In this document: piece by piece, positions 29,983-40,431 of the stretch | Position numbering within the stretch: position 1 is the stretch's first letter | How the letters are laid out: each line of letters begins with the position of its first letter | Source: Candidatus Latescibacterota bacterium | GTDB taxonomy: Bacteria; Latescibacterota; UBA2968 | NCBI GenBank assembly: GCA_965116885.1 | Contig: OZ220741.1 | Coordinates: forward strand, 5,152,001-5,216,000 | Length of the DNA: 64,000 nt | Reading direction: 5' to 3' | Notes under the pieces: model-generated | What the model saw: the letters and a program-made list of their open reading frames with translations, nothing else | Told to the model about the DNA's origin: nothing | The model's database searches: none | Made by a program: the position numbers and the translations under genes

Positions 29983-30876
29983 TTGCCAATAGTGAAACGA
30001 ATCGCTAAAATTTTGCTCCTCTCTATATTGTTGTTTACTGCACTGTGTGTTGTGCTATCCATCTGGAGGAAACCGATGCCCGATCATCCTTTCATCAAAA
30101 AAAACGCGGGTGTTGAAGTGATTGCACACCGGGGGGGATGGCGATTGTGGCCCGAAAATACGCTATATGCTTTTCAACACGCGGTAGATCTCGGCGTGGA
30201 TATGCTGGAAATGGATATTCGCAGTACAAAAGACGGCCATATCGTGGTCTTTCACGATGAGACCGTAACGCGCACGACCAATGGCAACGCGCGCGTAAAT
30301 GATTTGACACTTGCAGAATTGAAACAGTTAGATGCTGGGTACAAATGGTCGGCAGATAACGGCACGACTTTCCCCTTTCGCGGAAAAGGAATAGTAGCCC
30401 CCACGCTGGATGAAGTCTTTGCGTCTTTTCCGCACATGCGAATGACCATTGAAATCAAACAGAAAGAGCCAGATATTGTTACAGCATTTGGCGACCTGAT
30501 TCGCCACCATGGAATGCAGCACCGCGTACTGGTCGCGTGTTTTGACACCGGGACATTGAAGCGTTTTCGCAAACAGTTTCCCGAAGTTGCGACATCGCCG
30601 GGAATGACGGAAGGAATGATCTTTTACGCCCTGTGCTGGTTGCATTTGAGCGCGGTTTATCAGCCCGATGTCGAAGTATTGCAGTTCCCACTAAAAATGG
30701 GACCGATAAATGGCAACCATCCACGCCTTTTATCAGGGGCACGCAAAAACAATATACAAGTACAAATATGGACTGTAGATGACGAATCGAAAATGCGAAT
30801 GCTAATTGAAAATGGTGTAAATGGCATCATCACCCGCTGGCCAGATCGCCTACTAAAAATACTGGGGCGAGAATAG
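29983..30876 (+). CDS. Glycerophosphodiester phosphodiesterase
   Basis: IAHRGG...PENT, EMDIRSTKDG..VVFHD, WTVD, GIIT; start could be GTG 29992. Confidence 0.92.
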   Translation: MPIVKRIAKILLLSILLFTALCVVLSIWRKPMPDHPFIKKNAGVEVIAHRGGWRLWPENTLYAFQHAVDLGVDMLEMDIRSTKDGHIVVFHDETVTRTTNGNARVNDLTLAELKQLDAGYKWSADNGTTFPFRGKGIVAPTLDEVFASFPHMRMTIEIKQKEPDIVTAFGDLIRHHGMQHRVLVACFDTGTLKRFRKQFPEVATSPGMTEGMIFYALCWLHLSAVYQPDVEVLQFPLKMGPINGNHPRLLSGARKNNIQVQIWTVDDESKMRMLIENGVNGIITRWPDRLLKILGRE

Positions 30877-30901
30877 GTCTTTCACAAACGGAACAAATAC
30901 C

Positions 30902-32356
30902 ATGTCTGAACAAATCAACTTGCTTTTTATATTAACGGACGATCAGGGCTATTGGGCGATGGGATGTGCGGGCAATTCGGAAATTCGCACACCAAATTTG
31001 GATCGACTGGCTGCAACGGGATTGCGCTTTGAGAATTTCTTTTGCGCATCGCCGGTCTGCTCGCCGGCTCGGGCTTCCATTTTAACGGGCCGCATTCCAT
31101 CGCAACACGGCGTACAGGATTTTTTGCGGGCAGGCAATTCAAATATCTACGGCGCGGATGATCGAGCTATCGAATATCTATCGGGACAAACCGCATATAC
31201 AGATATCCTATCTGAACGGGGTTATACGTGCGGTTTAAGTGGCAAATGGCATCTGGGCTATTCGGAAAAACCGCAGAAAAGTTTTGCGTTTTGGGATGTT
31301 CACGCAAGTGGCGCGGGACCGTATTACAATCCCCCGATGATTCGCGATGGCAAAGCGTATCAAACATCGGATTATGTGAGCGATCTGATTACAAATAATG
31401 CACTGGACTTTTTGGAAAATGCAAATCAACCGTTCTGTTTGAACGTTCACTACACAGCGCCTCATGCGCCCTGGGGGCGCGAACACCATCCACCCGAATT
31501 ATTCGAAGATTATTATCAAAACTGTCCTTTTGAATCAACCCCAGACGAACCCATGCACCCTCAGCAGCTATCAAAGACGGGGTCATCGGGTTCTTTGGGA
31601 TTTACAAAAGAAGAACGCAGAGAAACGCTTAGCGGATATTTTGCTGCAATGACCGCAATGGACACCAACGTGGGCAGATTGCTGGATTGGCTGGAAGCCA
31701 ATGGACTGCGAGAAAATACACTCATCGCATTTACAAGCGACAACGGGATGAACATGGGGCATCACGGGATTTACGGCAAAGGCAATGGAACATATCCGCC
31801 GAATATGTTCGACACCTCGGTGAAAGTCCCCATGCTCTTTTCGCATCCAGGTCGCGTTCCCGAAGGCAAAGTTATTTCCTCACTGCACAGCCATTACGAC
31901 ATCATGCCGACCTTGCTGGACTATCTCAAAGTAGAAAATCTCGACTCCGATTCCCTCCCCGGACGCAGCTTTTCCGCATTGCTCGAAGGACGTGATTTAA
32001 GTGGCGATGGTCAGGTGGTTGTATATGACGAATACGGTCCCACGCGCATGATCCGCACCGTGGAATGGAAGTATGTCCATCGCTATCCCTATGGTCCCCA
32101 TGAACTCTACAACCTGGTAAACGATCCGGATGAACGACAAAATCTGATCGCAGAACAAAAACATCAACTAATCCGAGAATCGCTACAGGCCGATCTGGAT
32201 GCGTGGTTTGTGCGCTATGCCGATCCCGAGCGGGATGGCTCGCGAGAAGCCGTGATGGGCAGAGGACAGTTAGACATTGTTGGTCCTGCAGCAAAGGGGC
32301 GGAAGCGATTTGGCGATGATGTCGTTTTTGAACGCGACAACAAACGGAGATCCTGA
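30902..32356 (+). CDS. Cys-type sulfatase (S1 family), paralogue of 21011
   Basis: CSPARASILTG, GKWHLG, shared YDEYG.TRMIRT.EWKYVHRYP block. Confidence 0.93.
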   Translation: MSEQINLLFILTDDQGYWAMGCAGNSEIRTPNLDRLAATGLRFENFFCASPVCSPARASILTGRIPSQHGVQDFLRAGNSNIYGADDRAIEYLSGQTAYTDILSERGYTCGLSGKWHLGYSEKPQKSFAFWDVHASGAGPYYNPPMIRDGKAYQTSDYVSDLITNNALDFLENANQPFCLNVHYTAPHAPWGREHHPPELFEDYYQNCPFESTPDEPMHPQQLSKTGSSGSLGFTKEERRETLSGYFAAMTAMDTNVGRLLDWLEANGLRENTLIAFTSDNGMNMGHHGIYGKGNGTYPPNMFDTSVKVPMLFSHPGRVPEGKVISSLHSHYDIMPTLLDYLKVENLDSDSLPGRSFSALLEGRDLSGDGQVVVYDEYGPTRMIRTVEWKYVHRYPYGPHELYNLVNDPDERQNLIAEQKHQLIRESLQADLDAWFVRYADPERDGSREAVMGRGQLDIVGPAAKGRKRFGDDVVFERDNKRRS

Positions 32357-32358
32357 CA

Positions 32359-33492
32359 ATGGCCGATCTACTTGATGAACGCATTGTACGCATTGAAAAA
32401 GTAATGTTAAAAAGTCCGCGTCCCCGCTTTGTGGGCGTAAATTCCAAAGGTGGCCCCATAGGCGATATGGTTACGGATCACGTCGTTCGCATCCATACAG
32501 AGAGCGGAGCCATTGGCGTTGGCTGGTCGCGCATAAACCGCAAACAGGCCGAACAATTCTTGGCAAAACAATTGAATGAACTCTTCGCATTGCCCAACGG
32601 CTGTTTGGAAGTGGGCGAAAGCATCGACTTGCCGCTGTGGGATCTGGTGGCAAAACTCTCGGATATGCCATTGTACAAACTGCTGGGCGCACGTGGTTCC
32701 CGAGCAGTGGAACTCTACGATGGATCGGTTTATATCGATGACCTGGAAGCGACCGATGACGAAGCAGTGGCAATTTTCCAGGAAGAAGTAAAAACCGGCC
32801 AGGAATACGGATTCAAAAATTTCAAAATAAAAATTGGACGCGGGGCAAAGTGGATGCCGATTATCGAAGGCCTGGAACGGGATGTGCTCGTCATTCAAAC
32901 GATTCGAGAGGCAGCGGGACCGGACGCCAAAATTCTCGTTGACGCCAACAACGGAACAACGCTGAATATTGCCCAGGAAATTCTCAAACGGTGTGAATCC
33001 GCAAGGATCTACTGGTTTGAAGAAGCCTTTCACGAGGAACGGGGATTCAACGAACCTTTTAAGGCATTTATTCAAGCCTCTGGTTATGACACTTATGTCG
33101 CAGATGGCGAGTCAGGCCCACCACCACCTAATTTTTTTGACATGGTAAAACGCGGCTGGATTGATATTGTGCAACACGATTTCCGCGCCAGAGGATTGAC
33201 CTGGTGGAAAGCGACTGCGGATATGATCGCGCCCTGGGGTGCCCAATGTGCTCCGCATTGCTGGGGCAGTATTATCGAGCGTTATGCACACGCACATTTT
33301 GCCGCTTCGATTCCAAATTTTTGCCTATTAGAAACAGCGCCAGCAGACACGCAGGGCATAGTGCTTGATGGCTGGGAATTTCGAGACGGCCACCTCATCG
33401 TGTCAGATACGCCGGGAACGGGATTTGACCTTGCACCTGAAACAATTGCACGGGGAACACGCGAAGAAGGCGGGTTTTGCGTTTCTGTTTAA
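32359..33492 (+). CDS. Mandelate racemase/enolase superfamily enzyme (acid-sugar dehydratase-like)
   Basis: KIKIG (KxK), DANN, WFEE, DGE, PH, PGTG. Confidence 0.87.
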   Translation: MADLLDERIVRIEKVMLKSPRPRFVGVNSKGGPIGDMVTDHVVRIHTESGAIGVGWSRINRKQAEQFLAKQLNELFALPNGCLEVGESIDLPLWDLVAKLSDMPLYKLLGARGSRAVELYDGSVYIDDLEATDDEAVAIFQEEVKTGQEYGFKNFKIKIGRGAKWMPIIEGLERDVLVIQTIREAAGPDAKILVDANNGTTLNIAQEILKRCESARIYWFEEAFHEERGFNEPFKAFIQASGYDTYVADGESGPPPPNFFDMVKRGWIDIVQHDFRARGLTWWKATADMIAPWGAQCAPHCWGSIIERYAHAHFAASIPNFCLLETAPADTQGIVLDGWEFRDGHLIVSDTPGTGFDLAPETIARGTREEGGFCVSV

Positions 33493-33507
33493 AATAAGGA
33501 TAACACA

Positions 33508-34608
33508 GTGAATAACACACTCGTAGTAGCTACCCCCCAGGACGCTGGCATGTCTGCCGACCAGCTCGAACGGGCCTTTGGCGTACTCACAGCCGCTACA
33601 GAAGCCGGGCAAATTGGCGCGGCCTCGCTGACAGTTGCGCGGCACGGCAAGGAAGTCTTCGCCCGGGGATGCGGACAAGAGCACCCTCGCACAGGCCAGA
33701 TAGTCGATGCGGACTCGATATTTCTCCTCGCCTCAATCACCAAGCCAGTTACTGCCTGCGCGCTGATGATCCTCGTAGATCGAGGGCTGATCTCACTCAA
33801 CGACCCGGCCATCGATTATCTACCCGAATACACCGGCGGCGACCGTCCCGCTGTCAAAGTGCGCCACTTGCTCTCGCACATATCCGGCATGCCCGACATG
33901 CTACCCGAAAACACTATCTTGCGACAGTCGCACACCCCCGTAGCTGGCTTCGTCGAACGGGCACTCCAGACCCCCTTGCTCTACAAGCCGGGAACCGATT
34001 TTTGCTACCAGAGCATGGGCATCCTGCTCGCAGCAGAAATAGTCGAACGAGTCAGCGGGCAGCGATTGCGCGACTTCGAGCGCGAGGAAATTTTCGCGCC
34101 GCTGGGAATGGCGCGAAGCGCATTGGGAATGGACAAATGGCCACTTCAGGACGTAGTGTGGTGCGGCACGGACGCCGAAGAGGATGAAGAGCAACAGAGT
34201 TGGGGCTGGAATTCCCCATATTGGCGCGACTTTGGAGCACCGTGGGGCGGCATGCACAGCACCGGACGCGATCTGGCGATCCTCTTGCAAACCATGCTCA
34301 ACGGCGGTACGTATGGCGATCGGCGCATCTTCAGCCGCGCCGCAGTCGCGACAATGACGCAAGATCAAAACGGGGCACTCAATGCACCCTGGGGAATCGG
34401 TTGGGGCGTATCCGGAGCGCGGGTATGGGGCTTTTGGGGCGACCTGGTATCGCGGCGAACCTTCGGACATACCGGGGCGACCGGCACAGTAGCCTGGGCA
34501 GACGCCGAACGTCAGCTCAGTTGCGTCGTGCTCACCAATCAGATGGTCGCCGACGGAAGCCTCCTGCGACGGGTTTCCAACGCAGTCGCAGCAGCAGTGG
34601 AAGAATAG
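33508..34608 (+). CDS. Serine hydrolase, beta-lactamase-related family
   Basis: SITK (SxxK), LLSHISG, F.Y.S, FGHTG. Confidence 0.88.
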   Translation: MNNTLVVATPQDAGMSADQLERAFGVLTAATEAGQIGAASLTVARHGKEVFARGCGQEHPRTGQIVDADSIFLLASITKPVTACALMILVDRGLISLNDPAIDYLPEYTGGDRPAVKVRHLLSHISGMPDMLPENTILRQSHTPVAGFVERALQTPLLYKPGTDFCYQSMGILLAAEIVERVSGQRLRDFEREEIFAPLGMARSALGMDKWPLQDVVWCGTDAEEDEEQQSWGWNSPYWRDFGAPWGGMHSTGRDLAILLQTMLNGGTYGDRRIFSRAAVATMTQDQNGALNAPWGIGWGVSGARVWGFWGDLVSRRTFGHTGATGTVAWADAERQLSCVVLTNQMVADGSLLRRVSNAVAAAVEE

Positions 34609-34635
34609 TTTTCAGCCATACACTAAGGAGACAGT

Positions 34636-36357
34636 ATGAATACCGCAGCAAAAACGCGACAGACCAAACGTGACCGCGAGCGCATTGCATGGTGGGAAGA
34701 AGCGCGGTTTGGCATGTTCATTCACTGGGGCGTGTATGCGATCCCCGCGGGCAAATGGAAAGGCAAAGCCATTGAGGGCATCGGAGAATGGATTATGCGC
34801 CGTGCGGAAATTCCCGCCGCGGAATACGAACAACTCGCCTCACAATTCAATCCGGTAAAATTCGACGCCGATGCGGTTGCCAAACTCGCACGAGATGCGG
34901 GTATGAAATACCTCGTGATCACCGCCAAACACCACGACGGCTTTGCCATGTATGACTCCCCGTGCAGCGACTACGACATCGTCGATGCCACGCCTTATGG
35001 CAAAGACATTATGGCAGACCTGTCCAAAGCCTGCCAAAAATACGGCATTCGCCTCTGCTTCTACTATTCTCAAGATCAGGACTGGCACGACCCCAACGCC
35101 TCTGGGAATAACTGGGATTTTGATCCCGCGACCAAAGACTTCGCCTATTATCTCGAAAACAAAGCCAAACCCCAGGTGCGCGAGTTGCTCACACAATACG
35201 GGCCTATCGGCCTGATATGGTTCGACACCCCCGTCTCTATTTCCCTGGAACAGAGCCAATCGCTCTCCCGTCTCGTCCACGGCTTGCAACCCGACTGTCT
35301 CGTAAGCGGTCGCGTGGGCAATGGCGTGGGAGACTACGGCAGCCTGGGCGACAACCAGATCCCCACCGGCCGCCTCGAAGGCTACTGGGAGACACCCGCT
35401 ACCCTCAACGATACCTGGGGCTATAAAACCGATGACCACAACTGGAAAAGCGTAAAAACACTGCTCCATCTTCTCGTGGAACTCACCAGCAAAGGCGTCA
35501 ACTACCTGCTCAACATCGGGCCGCGCGCCGACGGCAGTGTACCCATGCCGAGTGTCAATCGCCTTCGCGCCATTGGCGAATGGATGAAAACCAACGGCGA
35601 AGCGATCTACGGCAGTAAAGCCACGCCATATCCCTATGAATTTCCCTGGGGCGGTATCACGCAAAAAGACAACCGTCTCTACTTGCTCTTTACCACATGG
35701 CCCGGCGAGAATTTCACCCTCCTGGGCCTGCGCAACCGCGTTACAAAAGCGACCTTGCTCGCCGACAAAAGCGCGCACATCGACGTCTCTCAAACCCGCG
35801 ACAGCGGTTGTGATATCTTAACATTGCGCCTGCCCGAATGCCCCGATCCAAACGTCTCGGTCGTCGCCCTCGAACTCGATGGCGCACCCGATGTCGATCA
35901 AACCGCTCTCCAGCAAACCGATGGCTCTATCACCATGATCGCCAGCATGGCGAACTTGCACACGCCCGAATCGGGAACGCAAATCCGCATTGGTGAAAGC
36001 GGCGTTATCGAAGACTGGTTTGACACATCCAACTGGATCGATTGCGACTTCAAAGTTTTCAAACCCGGCACCTTTGAAGTCCGCGTTCACACCAGCGCAC
36101 TCCGCCGCGCCCGAGAATGGACAGGCGGCCACGAAGTGCGCGTTGATATTGCGGGCAACACATTCCACAAAACCATCACACCCGACGCGTGGAGCGACAG
36201 CCCCAAAGCGCAGTATTTCCCAGAAGCCGCAACCATTATCGGCCAGGTCCAGCTCGACGAACCCGGCCTTTACACCATCGAAGTCCGCGCAGAATCTATC
36301 AACGAAAAATCTCAGGCTGGATTGTCTATCTCGGCCATTTCCCTGATGCGCGAATAA
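34636..36357 (+). CDS. Alpha-L-fucosidase (GH29)
   Basis: ARFGMFIHWG, TAKHHDGF, IWFD, YLLNIGP. Confidence 0.93.
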   Translation: MNTAAKTRQTKRDRERIAWWEEARFGMFIHWGVYAIPAGKWKGKAIEGIGEWIMRRAEIPAAEYEQLASQFNPVKFDADAVAKLARDAGMKYLVITAKHHDGFAMYDSPCSDYDIVDATPYGKDIMADLSKACQKYGIRLCFYYSQDQDWHDPNASGNNWDFDPATKDFAYYLENKAKPQVRELLTQYGPIGLIWFDTPVSISLEQSQSLSRLVHGLQPDCLVSGRVGNGVGDYGSLGDNQIPTGRLEGYWETPATLNDTWGYKTDDHNWKSVKTLLHLLVELTSKGVNYLLNIGPRADGSVPMPSVNRLRAIGEWMKTNGEAIYGSKATPYPYEFPWGGITQKDNRLYLLFTTWPGENFTLLGLRNRVTKATLLADKSAHIDVSQTRDSGCDILTLRLPECPDPNVSVVALELDGAPDVDQTALQQTDGSITMIASMANLHTPESGTQIRIGESGVIEDWFDTSNWIDCDFKVFKPGTFEVRVHTSALRRAREWTGGHEVRVDIAGNTFHKTITPDAWSDSPKAQYFPEAATIIGQVQLDEPGLYTIEVRAESINEKSQAGLSISAISLMRE

Positions 36358-36374
36358 AAGCATAGGAGGATCCC

Positions 36375-37391
36375 ATGCCACTGGAAGTATGTGCCCTATC
36401 ACCCGAAAAGATGGAACTGCGGGAATACGAGGTACCAAAAGTTGGAAAAGGACAGATGAAAGTGCAGAGCCTGTACGCTGCTGCTAAGCACGGAACCGAG
36501 CTATCGGGCATAAAAGGTGACAGCGCAAAACGCGGAACTTATGATCCGGAACTCCAGGTATTTCCAAACACGGGCAAAGGGCGGTCGTCCCGGACGGGCA
36601 ATATGTTTATAGGCACTGTAATCAGCGAAGGTGTAGATGGGTTCGCAGAAGGCGACGTAGTGCTGAGCTACGGGCCATTCCGAGAAGTCCATGTCATCTC
36701 AACCGAACGGTGCTGGAAGGTCCCAGAGGGATTTTCGTGGAAATCCGCAGTCTGTTTGGACCCGGCGGATTTTGCCATGTGTGCGATCAGAGATGGACAG
36801 GTAAGAGTCGGAGACGCAGTCGCCGTATTTGGAATGGGAGCTATTGGCCTGATGGTCGTACAAATCGCCAAACTATCCGGGGCATATCCAATCATCGCGG
36901 TCGATCCATTGGAAAACCGCAAAAAAGTAGCCCAAATCTGCGGTGCCGACCTGATCCTTGACCCCACAACCTGTGACGCGGGCGTGGAAATCAAAAAAGC
37001 AACCGGAAACCGGGGAGTAGATGTGGCAATTGACTACAGCGCCAATGTACACGCCCTACAAGCTGCCATACGCGGCGTGGCATTTGGCGGCAATGTAGTG
37101 GCTGGCGCTGCGCCAGCACCTTATGGTCCCGGGCTGGATCTTGGCGCAGAAGCGCATTACAACCGCCCCAATCTCATCTTTTCGCGGTCCTGCAGCGATC
37201 CAAACCGGGAATATCCCCGATGGGACGAAAAACGCGTTTACGCCACCTGCTGGCGACTGCTCACCGAAGGAAAACTGACGGGCGAACCCATTGTAACGCC
37301 CGTAGTCGCCTTTGAAGACATCGTCACAGAATATCCCAAAATCACCAGCAACCCCGAGCAGAATATCAAACTGGGGGCTTATTTTAAATAG
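36375..37391 (+). CDS. Medium-chain (zinc-binding family) alcohol dehydrogenase-like oxidoreductase
   Basis: KHGTE, GMGAIG Rossmann motif, GVDVAID. Confidence 0.85.
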   Translation: MPLEVCALSPEKMELREYEVPKVGKGQMKVQSLYAAAKHGTELSGIKGDSAKRGTYDPELQVFPNTGKGRSSRTGNMFIGTVISEGVDGFAEGDVVLSYGPFREVHVISTERCWKVPEGFSWKSAVCLDPADFAMCAIRDGQVRVGDAVAVFGMGAIGLMVVQIAKLSGAYPIIAVDPLENRKKVAQICGADLILDPTTCDAGVEIKKATGNRGVDVAIDYSANVHALQAAIRGVAFGGNVVAGAAPAPYGPGLDLGAEAHYNRPNLIFSRSCSDPNREYPRWDEKRVYATCWRLLTEGKLTGEPIVTPVVAFEDIVTEYPKITSNPEQNIKLGAYFK

Positions 37392-37533
37392 CTCTCAGGC
37401 TTTTTTCGCCATCTCGGAAGCGGACTTAGAGCAGATATGCTACGCGCTGTTCGAGAATTTTGCCCCGCTAAGATAGAATCCAATACAAAACAGCCATCCG
37501 ATGTGGGTGGCTGTTTTAATAAGGAGAATTTCC

Positions 37534-38634
37534 ATGCCGAAAATCAGGGTAGTTGTGTTGCTTTTTCTTTTTTTGTGTCAGACTGCCGAGGGCAAAGAAC
37601 TAAGTCCAGATATACAGTTATTGATTGCTCATGGGTTTATTAAAGAAGCAAAACTTGAGTTGATTGCCGTAGCCCGCAATCCTGAAAATAGTGACCCAGA
37701 AAAAATACAGGCACTATTGCTTTTGGACACGATAGCATCAAATAACACAGAAAAAAAAGTTGTTTTGGAGATGCTATGCGACATTGACAACAAATACTTG
37801 CCGCAGCTAAAACAATTTGAGGCTGATGTTTTAAAGGAGAAAGAGCAAGAGAAATTAGCCCAGCAAAGGCTCCGAGATGAAGAACGTGCCAAACAGTATC
37901 TTGAACATGCAAAGTTATGGAGAAAACGGATAAGAGAATGGAAGGATAGCTCCGATTATTATGACTATGAAGAGTTGGTGGCGTCTATGGAATTTTGGCT
38001 TAACAAAGCATTGAATCATGTTCCCAACTCCGATGTATCTAAAGAAGCCTTTGAGTTTTATTTTGATATTTTATTTCAGGACCTGATAATCTATAAGCCG
38101 GGGTTCTTTTCTTCTAAGTTTGAAGCAAAGAATTTTGAAGAATCTATGGCTAAAATTGTCAATGGTCTTGAAATTTATGAGACAATGTATCCTGACGCTC
38201 CAGAGGTTTTGGAGTTGATGTGGAATGTACATGATACTTTTTACCGGTTGTCTCTGCATCGTCAATGGTGGCAGGTGATTCCGAGAAAGCGTAGTGATAT
38301 AAAAGGGGAACATAGGCATTTAATTTATTTTAGGTCTATGTTCGACATGTACATGTTGTCCCTGGAATGGTTAGATCGTATTATGAAACGATCCGAAGGT
38401 AAGGAGAATTTCTACTCTGATATGGCACGTCGAAAATATCGGTTTATGTCTCGCTACTTCCACCGTTATGTAGATATCGAGAAGGACGAAAAAAACCAAT
38501 ATCGCATCAAAAGTGTCCTAAACGCAGGTGGATTCAGAGGTGTAGCAGAAGAAGACCTGAAAAAGATACAGGTAGAAATTAGCCTGAGAGTCACGAAGTA
38601 CCCTGTTATAGAAATATCTTCTGTTTCCCAGTAG
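37534..38634 (+). CDS. Secreted helical hypothetical protein, AT-richer than its flanks
   Basis: Signal-like MPKIRVVVLLFLFLCQTAEG, AAGGAG RBS. Confidence 0.7.
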   Translation: MPKIRVVVLLFLFLCQTAEGKELSPDIQLLIAHGFIKEAKLELIAVARNPENSDPEKIQALLLLDTIASNNTEKKVVLEMLCDIDNKYLPQLKQFEADVLKEKEQEKLAQQRLRDEERAKQYLEHAKLWRKRIREWKDSSDYYDYEELVASMEFWLNKALNHVPNSDVSKEAFEFYFDILFQDLIIYKPGFFSSKFEAKNFEESMAKIVNGLEIYETMYPDAPEVLELMWNVHDTFYRLSLHRQWWQVIPRKRSDIKGEHRHLIYFRSMFDMYMLSLEWLDRIMKRSEGKENFYSDMARRKYRFMSRYFHRYVDIEKDEKNQYRIKSVLNAGGFRGVAEEDLKKIQVEISLRVTKYPVIEISSVSQ

Positions 38635-38837
38635 CCACAAAAATAGCCACCAGTGATAGGTGGCTATTTTCTTTATACGTATTTGTGAATTGAACCACTA
38701 TCCGCCAACAAACAGCCCCTGCCGCCCACTGTCCGCGTCTCGTTCTCTGGAAGAGCGAAGGTTGAATGCCTTGATCCAAGACATCCTTACCTCGGATCGG
38801 CTAAGTATTAACGCCTGCATTCGCTTCCACCATTGGA

Positions 38838-39068
38838 TCAATTTCCGAGCAAACCAATGAATGTCTCTCTATCAATTTCGACATCTTTCCGAATTTTGGA
38901 CATAAGGCCAACGCCGATTGTTTCACCGCGATGAATAGGCACAACCGTGCCTCGCCCATCTGGGTGCTTCATAATCACATGACTCCCCCGTTGTCTCACA
39001 ACCTCGAAACCGACTTTCCTCAGAGACCGGACTACATGGGCACCTGTTACCCTTGGCATTCTGGTCAT
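38838..39068 (-). CDS. hicA: HicA toxin
   Basis: GFEVVRQRGSHVIMKH...VVPIH. Confidence 0.9.
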   Translation of the reverse strand: MTRMPRVTGAHVVRSLRKVGFEVVRQRGSHVIMKHPDGRGTVVPIHRGETIGVGLMSKIRKDVEIDRETFIGLLGN

Positions 39069-39277
39069 ACGGATATTCTTTGAACGCCGACCAGTTCAAG
39101 TGGACTCTGAGCGTCTTCACCCTCAACCTCAAGCCAGAGTGCAATCGCCTCTTCCATCCGTTCAAGCAACTGGTCAATTGACTTGCCCTGGGTATGACAA
39201 CCCGGAAGAGCAGGGACACTCCCGACGTAATACCCGTCTTCATCCTTTTCTATTACAATCGTGTATTCAGTGCTCAT
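39065..39277 (-). CDS. hicB: HicB antitoxin (short, no DNA-binding domain)
   Basis: EKDEDGYYVGSVPALPGCHTQG...EEAI; ATGA overlap with hicA. Confidence 0.9.
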   Translation of the reverse strand: MSTEYTIVIEKDEDGYYVGSVPALPGCHTQGKSIDQLLERMEEAIALWLEVEGEDAQSPLELVGVQRISV

Positions 39278-39358
39278 TGGATTTTCTCAAAATCGTAGCT
39301 TCTTACAATAATGCGCTGGTTCAGTATATGCGAGACGCCAGCATACGCTACTCGCTGC

Positions 39359-40149
39359 CTATTCTTCGGAATAACGTTGCGTGACCGCCTTTGCGGCATA
39401 GAACTGCACATCATAACCGTGTTCGTTTTGCAGGTCGCGGCACGCTTCCAGCAAATTCTCAATGCTTTTGATTTCCTTATTATCGTTCTCTCGAGCTGCC
39501 CCAGTATCTTGGGATTCATTCATACGGCCTTCGCTTTCCACAGTTTCGCTTTCCATATCTGCGAATGCGATATATTTGTATTAATGAGCTTTGCAGAGAC
39601 GAGATTTGCGTCAACGACTATCGCTTTTGTCAGGTTGGCATTGGAAAGATCCGCATTGGAAAGATCCGCATTGGAAAGATCCACGCCCGTCAGGCAGGCA
39701 TTGGAAAGATCTACACCTGTTAGGCAGGCATTGGAAAGGTCGGTGCTGGAGAGGTTGGCACTGGAAAGAGCGGCACCAGAGAGGTCGGCACCAGAGAGGT
39801 CGGCGTTGCCAAGATAGGCACCAGTCAAGCTGGGCGTCTCCCAGGGCCGCGCTCGGAAGATTTTGCCTCCGGTGAAACTGGCCCTACTGGGATAGACATC
39901 AGACAAATCGGCACTGATCGGGTCGGCTTTAGAAGGGTCGGCACAGGAACTGAGATTGATCCCAGAGAGAGGAATTTGCCCATTGCTGTCGAGCTTTCCC
40001 GCCTCCTGAAATTTTTTGTAGAGATTCACGCCCGCAAGATTTGGCACAAAATCTTCGCGCTCGCGTCTTTTGTTCCAAGCCTCAACGCCTTCGAGAAGCC
40101 ATTGAATGTGTTGTGTATTCGCCATATCTCTTTCTCCTCTATATCCCAA
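39359..40149 (-). pseudogene. Pentapeptide-repeat protein, apparently frameshifted near 39540
   Basis: A(D/N)LSN repeats with 15-bp DNA repeats; WKAKL-WKAK duplication before TGA; protein-like continuation (EIKSIENLLEACRDLQ) in another frame. Confidence 0.6.
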
Positions 40150-40349
40150 AATTCATCCGTTTAATCGTTTCAGATCAATATAGCCAACATCATATCATCG
40201 TGCAAGGTCGCCGCTTTATTTCGGACGGATTTGAGATCATTGTTCGGAGCAAAGTCAAACAAATCAAAAGGGCCAGAGTCGTTTGACTACTGACCGCTCG
40301 CTACCCATTTCTTATGCGCCTATGCTACGGCATCTGACCTGCGGGTTTT

Positions 40350-40383
40350 ATCCTGATCATCCTTTCATCCTGTAAATCCTGAT
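40350..40383. repeat. ATCCT short-period intergenic repeat
   Basis: ATCCT at 40350, 40359, 40367 and 40376. Confidence 0.6.
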
Positions 40384-40416
40384 GAACTGGTCTGAAAATC
40401 GACCAGTTGTACACCG
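40382..40416 (+). repeat. About 35-bp palindromic element, copy A
   Basis: ATGAACTGGTC-TGAAAATC-GACCAGTTGTACACCG; homologues at 61894, 61958 and 62093. Confidence 0.8.
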
Positions 40417-40431
40417 CTTCTGACAATGTTT

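Noticed and set aside
33508..34608. Beta-lactam resistance gene
   Set aside because: No signal peptide and a catabolic context; it fits the broad esterase/serine hydrolase family.
37487..38670. Integron cassette with attC sites
   Set aside because: The hairpins lack RYYYAAC/GTTRRRY ends and no integron integrase is in the window.
39274..40149. In-frame TGA (39520-39522) followed by an open 81-codon frame next to selAB, suggesting a selenoprotein
   Set aside because: There is no redox-motif context. The only hairpin (CCCA-AGATAC-TGGG) is weak and too close to the UGA for a typical bacterial SECIS. The other reading frame looks more protein-like, favouring a frameshift.
40150..40431. Possible tRNA-Sec (selC) downstream of selB
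   Set aside because: No cloverleaf, TCA anticodon loop or T-arm motif recognised; the region consists of short repeats.
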